This document shows, one piece after another, positions 37,945 to 47,165 of a stretch of DNA of 50,287 bases. This DNA comes from Fibrobacterota bacterium (GTDB lineage Bacteria; Fibrobacterota; Fibrobacteria; UBA11236). Position 1 is the stretch's first letter. The number at the start of each line of letters is the position of its first letter. The stretch is taken from contig JAYUVP010000183.1 in NCBI GenBank assembly GCA_043753995.1, positions 1 to 50,287 on the forward strand, in the 5' to 3' direction. A program made the translations under genes and the position numbers. Under the pieces are notes generated by a model, which made no database searches, was not told the origin of the DNA, and saw only the letters and a program-made list of their open reading frames with translations.

Positions 37945-38844
37945 TTACTTGAAGTAGGACATCGCATCCAACCCTAAGAAAGGCGCGGGAGGAGCGAATG
38001 GGGCAGAGATGGCTCCATAGGTGAGCGTAGGCGCCCCCGCGCCAATACGAATGATATCCCCATCGGTGAGAAACGGGCCGGCATTGAGAATTTCAGTCGA
38101 AAAATAAATGTCGGCGATAGAACCCGATCGTGGTGCAATCAAACCATCCAGGCCACGATCAACGCCGGGAATACCGGGTGCGGGCGCAGCAGCCATCAAG
38201 GCGACCTGGGGAACAATCACTCCGCCATTCACCACGGACAATACATCGCCATCCAGAAATCGCAGGGGCACACCAGGAACACCGATGTCGCATGTTCCTT
38301 CGGCTGAGAACCACAGGTCGATATTCAATTGGCGCATCAATGCAGGAACCTGGGCATCGGGCACGGGATTCGCTGCCATGATGGTAAGAAATTGGCGGAT
38401 ATCAGCGACTTTGCCGATGAATTGTATGGCGTCCAAACCGAAATCGCATTTCGGTGTAGCAGGGGCGAAAGCAGCGAATAGCGCGGCATTGTGAACGACA
38501 GCCCCATTGGTGGCCACCAGATCACCGGCGTCGAAAGCGCCCGTGCTAATCGGTAATTCGGTTGAAAAAGCCACTAAACGGGAAGTGGTGGGGGTGTCAT
38601 CGATGATGTCGAGGGCATCAAGACCGAGATCACAAGTATCTGGGCGCTGAAAGCGCACCAGCAAGTCGGCATTGCGCATGAAAATCGTCCCCGCGCTCCA
38701 ATTAAGCACGTCCCCATCACTCACGTACCCACCCGCGGGACCGGTTCGGGTGAAGTCCTCTTCAGTCGAAACATAAAGCGGTTGGGCTTCGGCCAAACCG
38801 ATAGCGAAGTAAGCGAGAAGAACCGTATTCAGTATCTTTTTCAC
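37945..38844 (-). CDS. Secreted protein with four FSTE-DGD-GLD repeats (propeller-like)
   Basis: GTG start with GAGG RBS, signal peptide ending AEA-Q, and four internal repeats. Confidence 0.75.
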   Translation of the reverse strand: MKKILNTVLLAYFAIGLAEAQPLYVSTEEDFTRTGPAGGYVSDGDVLNWSAGTIFMRNADLLVRFQRPDTCDLGLDALDIIDDTPTTSRLVAFSTELPISTGAFDAGDLVATNGAVVHNAALFAAFAPATPKCDFGLDAIQFIGKVADIRQFLTIMAANPVPDAQVPALMRQLNIDLWFSAEGTCDIGVPGVPLRFLDGDVLSVVNGGVIVPQVALMAAAPAPGIPGVDRGLDGLIAPRSGSIADIYFSTEILNAGPFLTDGDIIRIGAGAPTLTYGAISAPFAPPAPFLGLDAMSYFK

Positions 38845-39033
38845 GTTGCACCTCTTGGTATTTTGTGAACCGAAACGGCAAAATCCTTTTCGCCGCCCGG
38901 AAAATGAAATCCAGCTATCCTGTGCTACCTGACGGTTTCAGACGAGGGCTCGTTGCGGTTTCATTGATGTAACGTTTGTCCATCGGATTGCAACAAGTAT
39001 TTCTTCACCCTGGTTGGAGAGTATTTTTCTTCC

Positions 39034-39903
39034 ATGGCCCATCCCAAGAAGCGCCGCCCCGAAAATGTCCCGGGCTTGTTTTATGTGGACAGCACCTGCA
39101 TTGATTGCGATACCTGCCGCTGGCTCGCTCCCGAAACCTTTCATGCGGACGGCGATCAAAGCGCCGTGCATGCCCAGCCTTTATCTCCAGAAGCACGTCA
39201 TCAAGCCGCTCTGGCCTTGATTGCTTGCCCCACCGCCTCCATCGGAACCTCCGAGCCGTTCGCGGAATTGCCCGCCATTCGCCGCGAATTTCCCATACCC
39301 ATTGAAGACAATGTTTTCTACTGCGGATATCACAGCGAGAAATCCTTTGGCGCGGCCAGCTATTTGATCGTGCGCCCCGAAGGCAATGTGCTCATAGACA
39401 GCCCGCGACTTTCCTCGACTCTCTTCGATCGCCTCGCCGAACTCGGCGGCGTGAAAACTTTGTTTCTGACTCATAGCGACGATGTCGCCGAGCATGCCGC
39501 CTTGCGCGAGCGCTTCGGCTGCGAGCGTATCCTTCATGCCGGCGATGCGCAGGGGAGTTTGCGCGACATCGAACGACTTTTGCGCGGCACCGACCCCATC
39601 GCCCTGGATGCCGACTTGCTGGCCATTCCCGTGCCGGGCCACACGCGGGGAAGCTGCTGCCTCCTGTATCGCGGGCGTTACCTCTTCACCGGTGATCACT
39701 TGGCCTTTTCGACGAGGCGCGGCCATCTCTATGCCTTTCGCGATGCTTGCTGGTTTTCCTGGGAGCAACAAGTCAAAAGCATGCAGGCCTTAGCCTCCCA
39801 GGATTTCTCCTGGGTTTTACCCGGACATGGCCGGCGCTTGCATGCCGAAGGCGAGGCCATGCGAGTGCAAATGGGCCTTTGCTTGGCTTGGATGCAAAAA
39901 TGA
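39034..39903 (+). CDS. Ferredoxin-fused metallo-beta-lactamase-fold hydrolase
   Basis: CIDCDTC...CP Fe-S motif, then LTHSDDVAEH, PGHTRGS, FTGDH and LPGHG. Confidence 0.9.
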   Translation: MAHPKKRRPENVPGLFYVDSTCIDCDTCRWLAPETFHADGDQSAVHAQPLSPEARHQAALALIACPTASIGTSEPFAELPAIRREFPIPIEDNVFYCGYHSEKSFGAASYLIVRPEGNVLIDSPRLSSTLFDRLAELGGVKTLFLTHSDDVAEHAALRERFGCERILHAGDAQGSLRDIERLLRGTDPIALDADLLAIPVPGHTRGSCCLLYRGRYLFTGDHLAFSTRRGHLYAFRDACWFSWEQQVKSMQALASQDFSWVLPGHGRRLHAEGEAMRVQMGLCLAWMQK

Positions 39904-40063
39904 CCCCCGCAATCCAACCGGAACTGCCAAAAATTCGCTAAATTCGCGGTTTTTCGTCTCTGAGGCTGAACGATGGACGGGTTTTTGCCCACCAAATCGG
40001 CTTGCGGAATCCATGCCCCCTCCCTATTGGGGGTTCGGCCTTGAACCTCCCAGAAGGACTACC

Positions 40064-42502
40064 ATGCAGTGCGGTTATTTCGACGATGAGAAGCGTGAAT
40101 ATGTCATTACCACGCCCAAAACCCCCGTTAAGTGGATCAATTATCTAGGCACCCTGCAATTCGGCGGTTTTGTCGATCATACCGGCGGCATGCTTTTGTG
40201 CAAGGGCGATCCCGCCCTCAACCGCATCACCAAATATTTGCCGCAATCGCCGGCGAGCCATTTCAAAGGCCAAACCCTGTATTTGCGCTGGCGCGAAGAC
40301 AATGGCGCCGAGCGCTATCACGTCTTTTCCCCCTTTTTCACGCCCACCTTGAAAGCACTCGAAAGCTTCGAATGCCGCGTGGGCATGGGTTATACCCGCA
40401 TCATTTCCCGTTATCGCGGACTCAAGGTCGAAACCTTGATGTTCGTGCCCCAAGATGATGCTATTTATGTGATGAATATCACCGTTACTTGCGAGAAGGG
40501 CGCGCGCAAAGACGTGTCCGTCATTCCCACCATCGAATACACGCATTTCGACGCCTTGAAGCAATTCACCAATGCCGACTGGGTTCCGCAAACCATGCAG
40601 AGCCGCCTCAAGACCCAGCCCGACGGTTGGAAATTGCTCACCCAATACGCCTTCATGAAGCGCGAAACCAGCGTCAATTTCATGACGGCCAGCATGCCCA
40701 TCAGCAGCTTCGAAAGCGATCGCAAGATTTTCCTCGGGGACAATGAATACGGCGACTTCGCCAATCCCCTGTCGCTACAGAACGATGAGCTTTCGAATTA
40801 TGAAACCCATCGCGGCGACAATATCGGCGCCCTCTTGCTCAAGCTCGGCGATCTCGCCGAGGGACAAAGCGTGCGCTTCTCGGTTTTCATCGGCCAGGAA
40901 AAAGACGACGCGGCCGCCTATGCCCGGGTGAAGCCTTATTTCAAGACCGGCGCGGTCGACGCCAAGCTCGCCGGCATGGCCGCTTTCTGGCAGGAATATT
41001 TGCAGCAAATGCAAGTGCAAACGCCGGACGCCGCTTTCAATAGCATGGTCAACGTGCACAATCCCCGCCAGTGCTTCATGACCAAGAATTGGTCGCGCGA
41101 TCTTTCGCTGTATCAGCTTGGCTTTGGTGGACGCGGCATGGGCTTTCGCGACAGCTCGCAAGACACCATGGCCGTCATGGGGCATATGCCCGACGGCGCC
41201 AAAGACCTTTTGCGCAAACTGCTCTCGGTGCAATTGCCCGAGGGCAAGGCCATGCATCAATTCTATGCCTCGACCATGGAAGCCAATATGGGCGACGCCC
41301 GCGAAGGCGAAGCCGAGGGTCGTCCGCAGTATTATGGCGACGATCATCTCTGGATAGTGCTGGCGGTATCGGCCTATATCAAAGAATCCGGCGACTTCGC
41401 TTTCTTGAAGGAAGTGCTTCCTTTCTACGCTCCCAAGAAGCATGGCGCAGCGGCGGGGCCCGTCGATTCGGCCACCGTGCTCGAACACTTGCAGCGCTCG
41501 CTGGCCTTTACCCGCGGCGACGTGGGCAAGCATGGCCTGCCTCATCTGGGATTCGCCGACTGGAATGACACGGTGAATTTGCCCAAGGGCGCGGAATCGC
41601 TTTTCAATGCCAATCTCTATGGCAAGGGCCTCGTCGAGCTCATCGAATTATTCGAGCATCTCGGCGACCGTAACCAAGCCGCTACGTATCGCACCTGGTA
41701 CGAGGAGATGAAGGCCAAGGTGAACGAGCATGCCTGGGACGGCGAATGGTGGATTCGCTGGTTCGATCAAGAAGGCAAGCCCATCGGCTCCAAGCAAAAC
41801 GACAAAGGCAAGATTTGGACCAATGGCCAAAGCTGGCCTGTGCTTTCCGGCTTCGCCCCTGCCGACCGCGCCAAGGCCGCCCTCGACTCGGTGCAGCGCC
41901 TGCTCAATACCTCCAGCGGCATCAAGCTCAGCGCTCCGGGCTATGATGGTTTCGACCCGCATAAGGGCGGCGTCACCACCTATCCGCCCGGCGCCAAGGA
42001 GAATGGCGGCATCTTTTTGCATGCCAATCCCTGGGTGATTATCGCCGAATGCATGCAGGGCAATGGTGAACGCGCCTGGCAGTATTACAATCAAATCAAT
42101 CCCGCCGCGCGCAATAACGAAATCGAAACCTTCGAGTGCGAGCCCTATGTTTATCCGCAAAATATTTTGGGCGACGAGCACCCGCAATTCGGCCTCGCCC
42201 GCAATAGCTGGCTCTCGGGCACCGCTTCGTGGAGCTATCAAGCCGCGACGCAATACATCGTGGGCATTCGCGCCGCACTCGACGGCTTGGTCATCGACCC
42301 CTGCATTCCCAAGGCTTGGAGCGGCTACACGGCCTCGCGACGTTGGCGCGGCGCGGACTATGCCATCACGGTGAAGAATCCGAATGGGGTGAACAAAGGT
42401 GTTAAGTCCATCAGCGTCGACGGCAAGGCTCTGGCGGCAGGCGCGCAAGTCCCCTCTTTCGGCGATGGCAAAACGCATCAAGTCGAAGTGGTGATGGGTT
42501 AA
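40064..42502 (+). CDS. GH94 glycoside phosphorylase (cellobiose/cellodextrin/chitobiose-type)
   Basis: GYFDDEKREYVIT, GRGMGFRDSSQD, DDHLW, catalytic ADWND, KENGGIFLHAN and SWLSGTASW; AGAAGGA RBS before ATG 40064. Confidence 0.95.
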   Translation: MQCGYFDDEKREYVITTPKTPVKWINYLGTLQFGGFVDHTGGMLLCKGDPALNRITKYLPQSPASHFKGQTLYLRWREDNGAERYHVFSPFFTPTLKALESFECRVGMGYTRIISRYRGLKVETLMFVPQDDAIYVMNITVTCEKGARKDVSVIPTIEYTHFDALKQFTNADWVPQTMQSRLKTQPDGWKLLTQYAFMKRETSVNFMTASMPISSFESDRKIFLGDNEYGDFANPLSLQNDELSNYETHRGDNIGALLLKLGDLAEGQSVRFSVFIGQEKDDAAAYARVKPYFKTGAVDAKLAGMAAFWQEYLQQMQVQTPDAAFNSMVNVHNPRQCFMTKNWSRDLSLYQLGFGGRGMGFRDSSQDTMAVMGHMPDGAKDLLRKLLSVQLPEGKAMHQFYASTMEANMGDAREGEAEGRPQYYGDDHLWIVLAVSAYIKESGDFAFLKEVLPFYAPKKHGAAAGPVDSATVLEHLQRSLAFTRGDVGKHGLPHLGFADWNDTVNLPKGAESLFNANLYGKGLVELIELFEHLGDRNQAATYRTWYEEMKAKVNEHAWDGEWWIRWFDQEGKPIGSKQNDKGKIWTNGQSWPVLSGFAPADRAKAALDSVQRLLNTSSGIKLSAPGYDGFDPHKGGVTTYPPGAKENGGIFLHANPWVIIAECMQGNGERAWQYYNQINPAARNNEIETFECEPYVYPQNILGDEHPQFGLARNSWLSGTASWSYQAATQYIVGIRAALDGLVIDPCIPKAWSGYTASRRWRGADYAITVKNPNGVNKGVKSISVDGKALAAGAQVPSFGDGKTHQVEVVMG

Positions 42503-42515
42503 ACAAGTAAAACCT

Positions 42516-42656
42516 GCAGGGGTGGCTCTGCCTCCCCTGCCTTCGGCCCGTATCTCATCGGCGCTTTACGCTCGGCCCTTGTCGGCCTCAGGCTCCCCAC
42601 CGGCGATGGCCGGTTAAATCGCTGGGCAACATAAAGCGGCGCCTATTCTCGCCGAA
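42516..42656. other. Structured intergenic element (hairpin plus long irregular stem-loop) between convergent genes
   Basis: GCAGGGG/CCCCTGC hairpin at 42516-42540; nested pairings TTCGGC/GCCGAA, GCTTTA/TAAAGC, GCCC/GGGC and ACCGGC/GCCGGT. Confidence 0.45.
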
Positions 42657-42732
42657 TCAATATTCAGCATCGATTGGTTTATCAGGTTTTGCCGGACGTC
42701 AAGGCTGTGAAAGTTCTAAGACTTTGGAGCCC

Positions 42733-43185
42733 CTACGAATAAGTAGAATAAGCAATCAACGCGAAAACGCCGATATAAAGCAAAATCCTCAGCGCCGAAT
42801 AGCCGTACCGAAACGCCTTGCTTCGCGGACTACGCAGAATACGCGCCGTCGATCGAATGGAAAGCAAGCCGATTAAAATACCGGCCATCCCACCGAAGAA
42901 AACGAAAACCAAGGGAAAGCAAATCCACCCAACTTCCTGCCAGGTGAAAGGCGGGGCAATCGAAACGGGATGCCCGTCTATCCACAGGTCAGGCAAAGGG
43001 TCGAAAGTACGTCGACGCAGGGTCAGTTCCACGTTTCGGCCTTGGTCGTCGGTAGTAAGGAACACTTTATTGATTCGCCGGAGCGCAACTCCGTTACGCA
43101 GCAGTTTAGGCGAACTGAACCATGTGCCCATGCGGAAGCGAATCGGATTCGATTCAAAGTCCGCGTGAGGTATCGGGAAATCCAT
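42733..43185 (-). CDS. Hypothetical membrane protein
   Basis: Soluble N-terminal part followed by hydrophobic helices (WICFPLVFVFFGGMAGILIG). Start chosen at MDFPIP to avoid crowding the divergent gene. Confidence 0.65.
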   Translation of the reverse strand: MDFPIPHADFESNPIRFRMGTWFSSPKLLRNGVALRRINKVFLTTDDQGRNVELTLRRRTFDPLPDLWIDGHPVSIAPPFTWQEVGWICFPLVFVFFGGMAGILIGLLSIRSTARILRSPRSKAFRYGYSALRILLYIGVFALIAYSTYS

Positions 43186-43287
43186 ATCCGGATTATGGGT
43201 TAGGTCGGGTCCATTTGCACCGGATTTCTGGCCACCATGTTGATCAAGATCACATAGTTGGTCAGTCGAGAATGCTACAATCACGCC

Positions 43288-43764
43288 ATGCCATTTGTTT
43301 CTGCTTCACTTTTTTCCGGCTATCGCGGGTTTTGCTTTTTTTGCCTGATTGGCATTGGCCTCCTCGGCGCCTGGCCTTCTCCCGCAATCGCCGCTTCCGG
43401 CGGCACCCTCATCATTTCCTCCATTTGCGAAGGCGATCGTTCGGTGTCGGCCACCCTGAATGCCGATTCGGCCATTGTCGACGACCCCACGCAAAGCCAG
43501 AATGCCCGCCAAGTCATTCACTTCGGCACTGACAAACAAAGCACGGCCGACACCTTATTCGCCTTGATGCGCGGCCTCGGAGGCTCCTTGGTATTGCGCT
43601 GCCCCAATGTCGAGTCGGTGAGCTGCCGCTTCGAAGCGGTGCTGGCGGACAATAAGGTCGAGTGCACCAATTGCTCCGCCTGTAGTGACGACCTCGATCG
43701 CATGAGCCTCGCGACCTTGCATCGCCTCAAGGCTTTGCTACGCGGCCTGAATCTTTACCTCTGA
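43288..43764 (+). CDS. Exported cysteine-rich hypothetical protein
   Basis: Signal-like LIGIGLLGAWPSPAIA; six Cys in the mature part, including CTNCSAC. Confidence 0.55.
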   Translation: MPFVSASLFSGYRGFCFFCLIGIGLLGAWPSPAIAASGGTLIISSICEGDRSVSATLNADSAIVDDPTQSQNARQVIHFGTDKQSTADTLFALMRGLGGSLVLRCPNVESVSCRFEAVLADNKVECTNCSACSDDLDRMSLATLHRLKALLRGLNLYL

Positions 43765-43793
43765 AAACCGCCCCTAGGCCTTAACTTTAGGCC

Positions 43794-44810
43794 GTGATCG
43801 ACTCCGAATCCCTTGCCCGCGCCGAAAAGCATGTGCGCGATATCCTTAACCTAGCCCTGGAGCACAGCCCCGGCGAAGCCTCCATTCTGGTGCATGATAA
43901 GCAATGCCCACTGGCCTGCGCCTTGGCCGAAGCCTATAGCCGCTGCCTACCCGAAGCCACCGTCATCGACTTTGATGCGACAAGCCCGGAAAATGTGCTG
44001 GCGGCCCTGCGCGACCTTAGACCTCGTGACTTGGCCATATTGATTCAAACCACCAATTTCCGTTTGGAGGCTTTCCGCCTGCGAGTGGAACTTTTCAAAC
44101 GTGATATCAAGGTCATTGAGCATCCTCATCTCGGACGCATGGAGGGTGAGGAGGCCCTGACTTATATCGACTCCTTGGCCTATGACCCGAATTATTATCG
44201 CCGCGTGGGCGCGAGCCTGAAAGAACTCCTGGACCATGCCGCCGATGCAGCCGTGATCAGCACCGGTGCCCGCCTCCACTTCGCCTCTCCTTTCGAGTCG
44301 GCCAGGCTCAATGTCGGCGACTATCGCGGCATGAAAAATATCGGCGGACAATTTCCCATCGGGGAAGTTTTTACTGAAGCTAGAGACCTTAAAAGCGTGC
44401 AGGGCGAGGCTCGCCTTTTCGCCTTCGCCGACATTCAATTTCGCATCATCCTTCCCGAGCCCCCCATCACCCTAATCATCAAGCAAGGCCGAGTCGACGA
44501 GGTTTTGGATTCGACTCCGGAATTCGATTTGGTGCTCGAAAAAATTCGCGCCGACGAGGGCGAGGTTTGGGTGCGCGAGTTTGGTTTCGGACTCAATCGC
44601 ACCTTTACCCCCAAGCGATGGGTAAGCGATGTCGGCACTTATGAACGCATGTGTGGCATTCACCTATCCCTGGGGGCCAAGCATGCCATTTATGCCAAGC
44701 CCGATTTCAAAAGAAAAACCGGACGGCATCACGTGGATGTTTTTGTGATCAGCGATTCAGTGAGGGTGGGCGAAATCGAAGTGTATCGGGACGGCGCCTA
44801 TCTTTTATAG
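43794..44810 (+). CDS. Peptidase M29 (aminopeptidase T)-like metalloprotein
   Basis: FPIGEVFT, REFGFGLN, ERMCGIHLSLG and HVDV metal-ligand motifs; GTG start. Confidence 0.75.
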   Translation: MIDSESLARAEKHVRDILNLALEHSPGEASILVHDKQCPLACALAEAYSRCLPEATVIDFDATSPENVLAALRDLRPRDLAILIQTTNFRLEAFRLRVELFKRDIKVIEHPHLGRMEGEEALTYIDSLAYDPNYYRRVGASLKELLDHAADAAVISTGARLHFASPFESARLNVGDYRGMKNIGGQFPIGEVFTEARDLKSVQGEARLFAFADIQFRIILPEPPITLIIKQGRVDEVLDSTPEFDLVLEKIRADEGEVWVREFGFGLNRTFTPKRWVSDVGTYERMCGIHLSLGAKHAIYAKPDFKRKTGRHHVDVFVISDSVRVGEIEVYRDGAYLL

Positions 44811-45045
44811 CCATTTTCCGAATTTTCCACCCTAGTCCAAGGTGACTAGCTTTGGTAGGCGGTCTCAATCTTAAGAGGTGCCCTAATTTTCGGCGCAGCC
44901 AGTAACACAAGTCGCTGGCCATTCGTCCTAATAAGGTGAATGCCGGGCTTTATTCGGTTTAATCCTCCGAATGGGTCTTCGCACTTTTCAATTTCAGCTA
45001 GGAGCTTTTGTGTCGGACTCTTTATCTCGCGGAAATCCGCCAAAA

Positions 45046-45705
45046 ATGGCGCGCAGAAAACTTTGGCCCATAGCCGCCGTGCTTGGTTTGTCTTTGTTCA
45101 CCGCCGGAGCCCACGCTCAAGATTCCGTGCCTGCGAAAAAAGCCCAACCTGTGTCTGCTCCGCATAATCAAGTGCTTTATATCGAGCCCGTCACCATGTG
45201 GATAATCTATAATGACGACGACATCAATGTCTTTTCCTTGGGCTATGAAAGACTATTAGGCAGAGGATGGTCCCTACTGCTCAATTTTCATGGAAATTAT
45301 TACTCGGATAAAGGTTCGGACAATGATTATTACACCGAAGAACATGCCGAAGGCATTGGTCTCGGGCTGCGCCGGTATATAGCGGGTGGTTTTTCTGGAA
45401 GCTATTTGACCTTACAAAGCGACTATATCAATAGTGAGCGGTCAGGTAAGGTTTACAATTATTCCGGTGGCTATTACGACCAATTCGGCAATTGGGTTTA
45501 TGCGCCATCCGGCGGTGCCACCTTTCACGAATATCCCCATCTTTGGTTAACGCAATTCAGCTGCGGCTATAAGTGGCAAATGAAATATTTGGTCATTGAC
45601 ATGTCGGTTGGCGGCGCGGCTTATGTCGGCGCGGAAATTTACACCGGTCTTACGACCTCGGGAAGCATTGGCCTGCCCTTCAACTCCTCCACCTTCGCCT
45701 TCTGA
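45046..45705 (+). CDS. DUF3575-like outer-membrane beta-barrel protein (paralogue 1)
   Basis: Signal peptide ending AHA-Q; LGYER, GLGLRRY...FSGSYL, GYKWQ and GLPF motifs. Confidence 0.7.
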   Translation: MARRKLWPIAAVLGLSLFTAGAHAQDSVPAKKAQPVSAPHNQVLYIEPVTMWIIYNDDDINVFSLGYERLLGRGWSLLLNFHGNYYSDKGSDNDYYTEEHAEGIGLGLRRYIAGGFSGSYLTLQSDYINSERSGKVYNYSGGYYDQFGNWVYAPSGGATFHEYPHLWLTQFSCGYKWQMKYLVIDMSVGGAAYVGAEIYTGLTTSGSIGLPFNSSTFAF

Positions 45706-45710
45706 AAAAC

Positions 45711-46277
45711 ATGAAACGCATGACTTCTTTCCTCCCGTCTATTTCCCGAGGCCTATGCCTTTGGGCCTTCGCTGGCATCTCCGCGGCCATGGCTCAAACG
45801 GACAGCACCATGGCCCGCAATACCCTTTTCCTGGATGTCACTCGAACCATCACTAGCTGGGTTGGCGCGGAATTGCCTCTAGTGGGTTTTGATTTCGAGC
45901 GGCAAATTTCACCTCGGGGATGGAGCTTACTCGGCACCGTGCGTTTCGGATATACCGAAGACGGCCCCGATGTGGATTGGGGCTGGGCCGGCGGCATGGG
46001 ATTTCGCAAATATTTGTATCGACCTTTTTCAGGAACCTTTCTCCAGCTTTATGGTGATGTAGGCGAAGGCCATTCGAAAACCGAATACGAAAGCTCCCGA
46101 ACCCGCTTTGCTTATGGCACTTTGGAATTCGGTTATAAAATGCAATGGGACGATTTCATGCTGAGCCTACATAGCGGCCCGGCCTATTTCGGCTTCAGCA
46201 ATTCGAAACGCGTCACCCTCACCGGCGGTATTGACGTTGGCTTTCCTTTTTCCGCCAAAACCTTTAACCTGCCATGA
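45711..46277 (+). CDS. DUF3575-like outer-membrane beta-barrel protein (paralogue 2)
   Basis: Signal peptide ending AMA-Q; FDFER, GMGFRKY...FSGTFL, GYKMQW and GFPF motifs. Confidence 0.7.
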   Translation: MKRMTSFLPSISRGLCLWAFAGISAAMAQTDSTMARNTLFLDVTRTITSWVGAELPLVGFDFERQISPRGWSLLGTVRFGYTEDGPDVDWGWAGGMGFRKYLYRPFSGTFLQLYGDVGEGHSKTEYESSRTRFAYGTLEFGYKMQWDDFMLSLHSGPAYFGFSNSKRVTLTGGIDVGFPFSAKTFNLP

Positions 46278-47041
46278 AGAACATCCCACTCTCTTTGCCC
46301 GCGCAGGATAGCTCGACCATGAAGTTTCGCTTTTTTCATACACCGATTTTCGCCATGGCCAGCCTCATGCTGGGATACACCATCGCTTCCGCTGATTCCT
46401 CATCCGTCGTGGACACCGCAAAAGGCAAGCCGGCCTTGACCTTGACTGATAGCCTTGCCTCGAAGTCGGCCGTGACTCCAACCGATTCTCAATCCCTTGC
46501 AGCTACACCCGAAACGACGACCACGGTGCGCCGGAAACGACGCGTTCGAGCTCCCATAGTCGATGGTCCGCCCCGAGAGGCCCTGACCATCCATCCTATT
46601 TCCAGCATTGCGATCTCGGGTTTCAGCCTGGGCTATGAATTTCCCTTGAAGCCGCGACTTTCACTAGAAGTACCGGTGTATTTCGGCATAAGCAGCCGCC
46701 AATACAATCAAGGACGCATCTTCGCCGGATCAGGATTAGGCATGCGTCTCTATATGATGCATCCCGATTTCGGCGGCTATCTCAGCCCGTCACTCGAATT
46801 TCTCGATATGCAATTCTTCAAAGACACCGAACAACCCGGAGGTAATACCTTGGTTACCCTGGCTTGGTTGCGCTATGGCTATAAATTCTTATGGCCCCAT
46901 TTCACCCTCGACGTCGGCGGTGGTTTTGGCTGGTTACAAACCTTCGGTGGATCGCCGAGCGGCCCCACCGACACGCCCATCAGCGGCTTCATCCCCATGG
47001 GTCACTTTGCCTTGGGCATACCCTTCGGTGGGCCGAATTAG
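46274..47041 (+). CDS. DUF3575-like outer-membrane beta-barrel protein (paralogue 3) with Ser/Thr-rich linker
   Basis: ATGA overlap (alternative start 46319); LGYEF, GLGMRLY...FGGYL, GYKFLW and GIPF motifs. Confidence 0.7.
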   Translation: MKNIPLSLPAQDSSTMKFRFFHTPIFAMASLMLGYTIASADSSSVVDTAKGKPALTLTDSLASKSAVTPTDSQSLAATPETTTTVRRKRRVRAPIVDGPPREALTIHPISSIAISGFSLGYEFPLKPRLSLEVPVYFGISSRQYNQGRIFAGSGLGMRLYMMHPDFGGYLSPSLEFLDMQFFKDTEQPGGNTLVTLAWLRYGYKFLWPHFTLDVGGGFGWLQTFGGSPSGPTDTPISGFIPMGHFALGIPFGGPN

Positions 47042-47057
47042 CGGTTGATTTCATTCT

Positions 47058-47154
47058 GCGGTTCATTCGATCGTCAAGACGGCCATATCCCCTTGGGATT
47101 GACCCGGTCGAGTGTAAGTGTTTCGGATAACCATCCAGCACGACCTGCGAGACT
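47058..47154 (+). ncRNA. 5'-truncated yybP-ykoY (Mn2+) riboswitch remnant
   Basis: P3 stem CATTCGATCG (47064-73) / CGGTCGAGTG (47105-14) around an L3-like TCAAGAC; a P4-like hairpin; 3' GCGAGAC (47147-53); located directly upstream of terC. The 5' GGGGAGTA segment is absent. Confidence 0.6.
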
Positions 47155-47165
47155 AACCACGATGT

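Noticed and set aside
39827..40063. N-terminal extensions in the ORF track (GH94 from 39827; similarly 1950, 15076, 24166, 25713, 26897 and 32145)
   Set aside because: They overlap neighbouring genes or precede clear RBS or signal-peptide starts, so the downstream starts were used.
40145..42481. Long minus-strand ORFs (166, 256 and 277 aa)
   Set aside because: They are antisense shadows of the codon-biased, GC-rich GH94 gene.
42602..42660. HDV-like ribozyme suggested by GCTGGGCAACA
   Set aside because: The candidate P1 strands (GGCGAT/ATCGCT) enclose only about 10 nt, too few for P2, P3 and L3, so the nested pseudoknot cannot be built.
44846..45043. 65-aa minus-strand ORF and small hairpins in the intergenic gap
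   Set aside because: It has a TTG start abutting the divergent gene's start, no RBS and no motif; the hairpins are short and match no RNA family I recognise.
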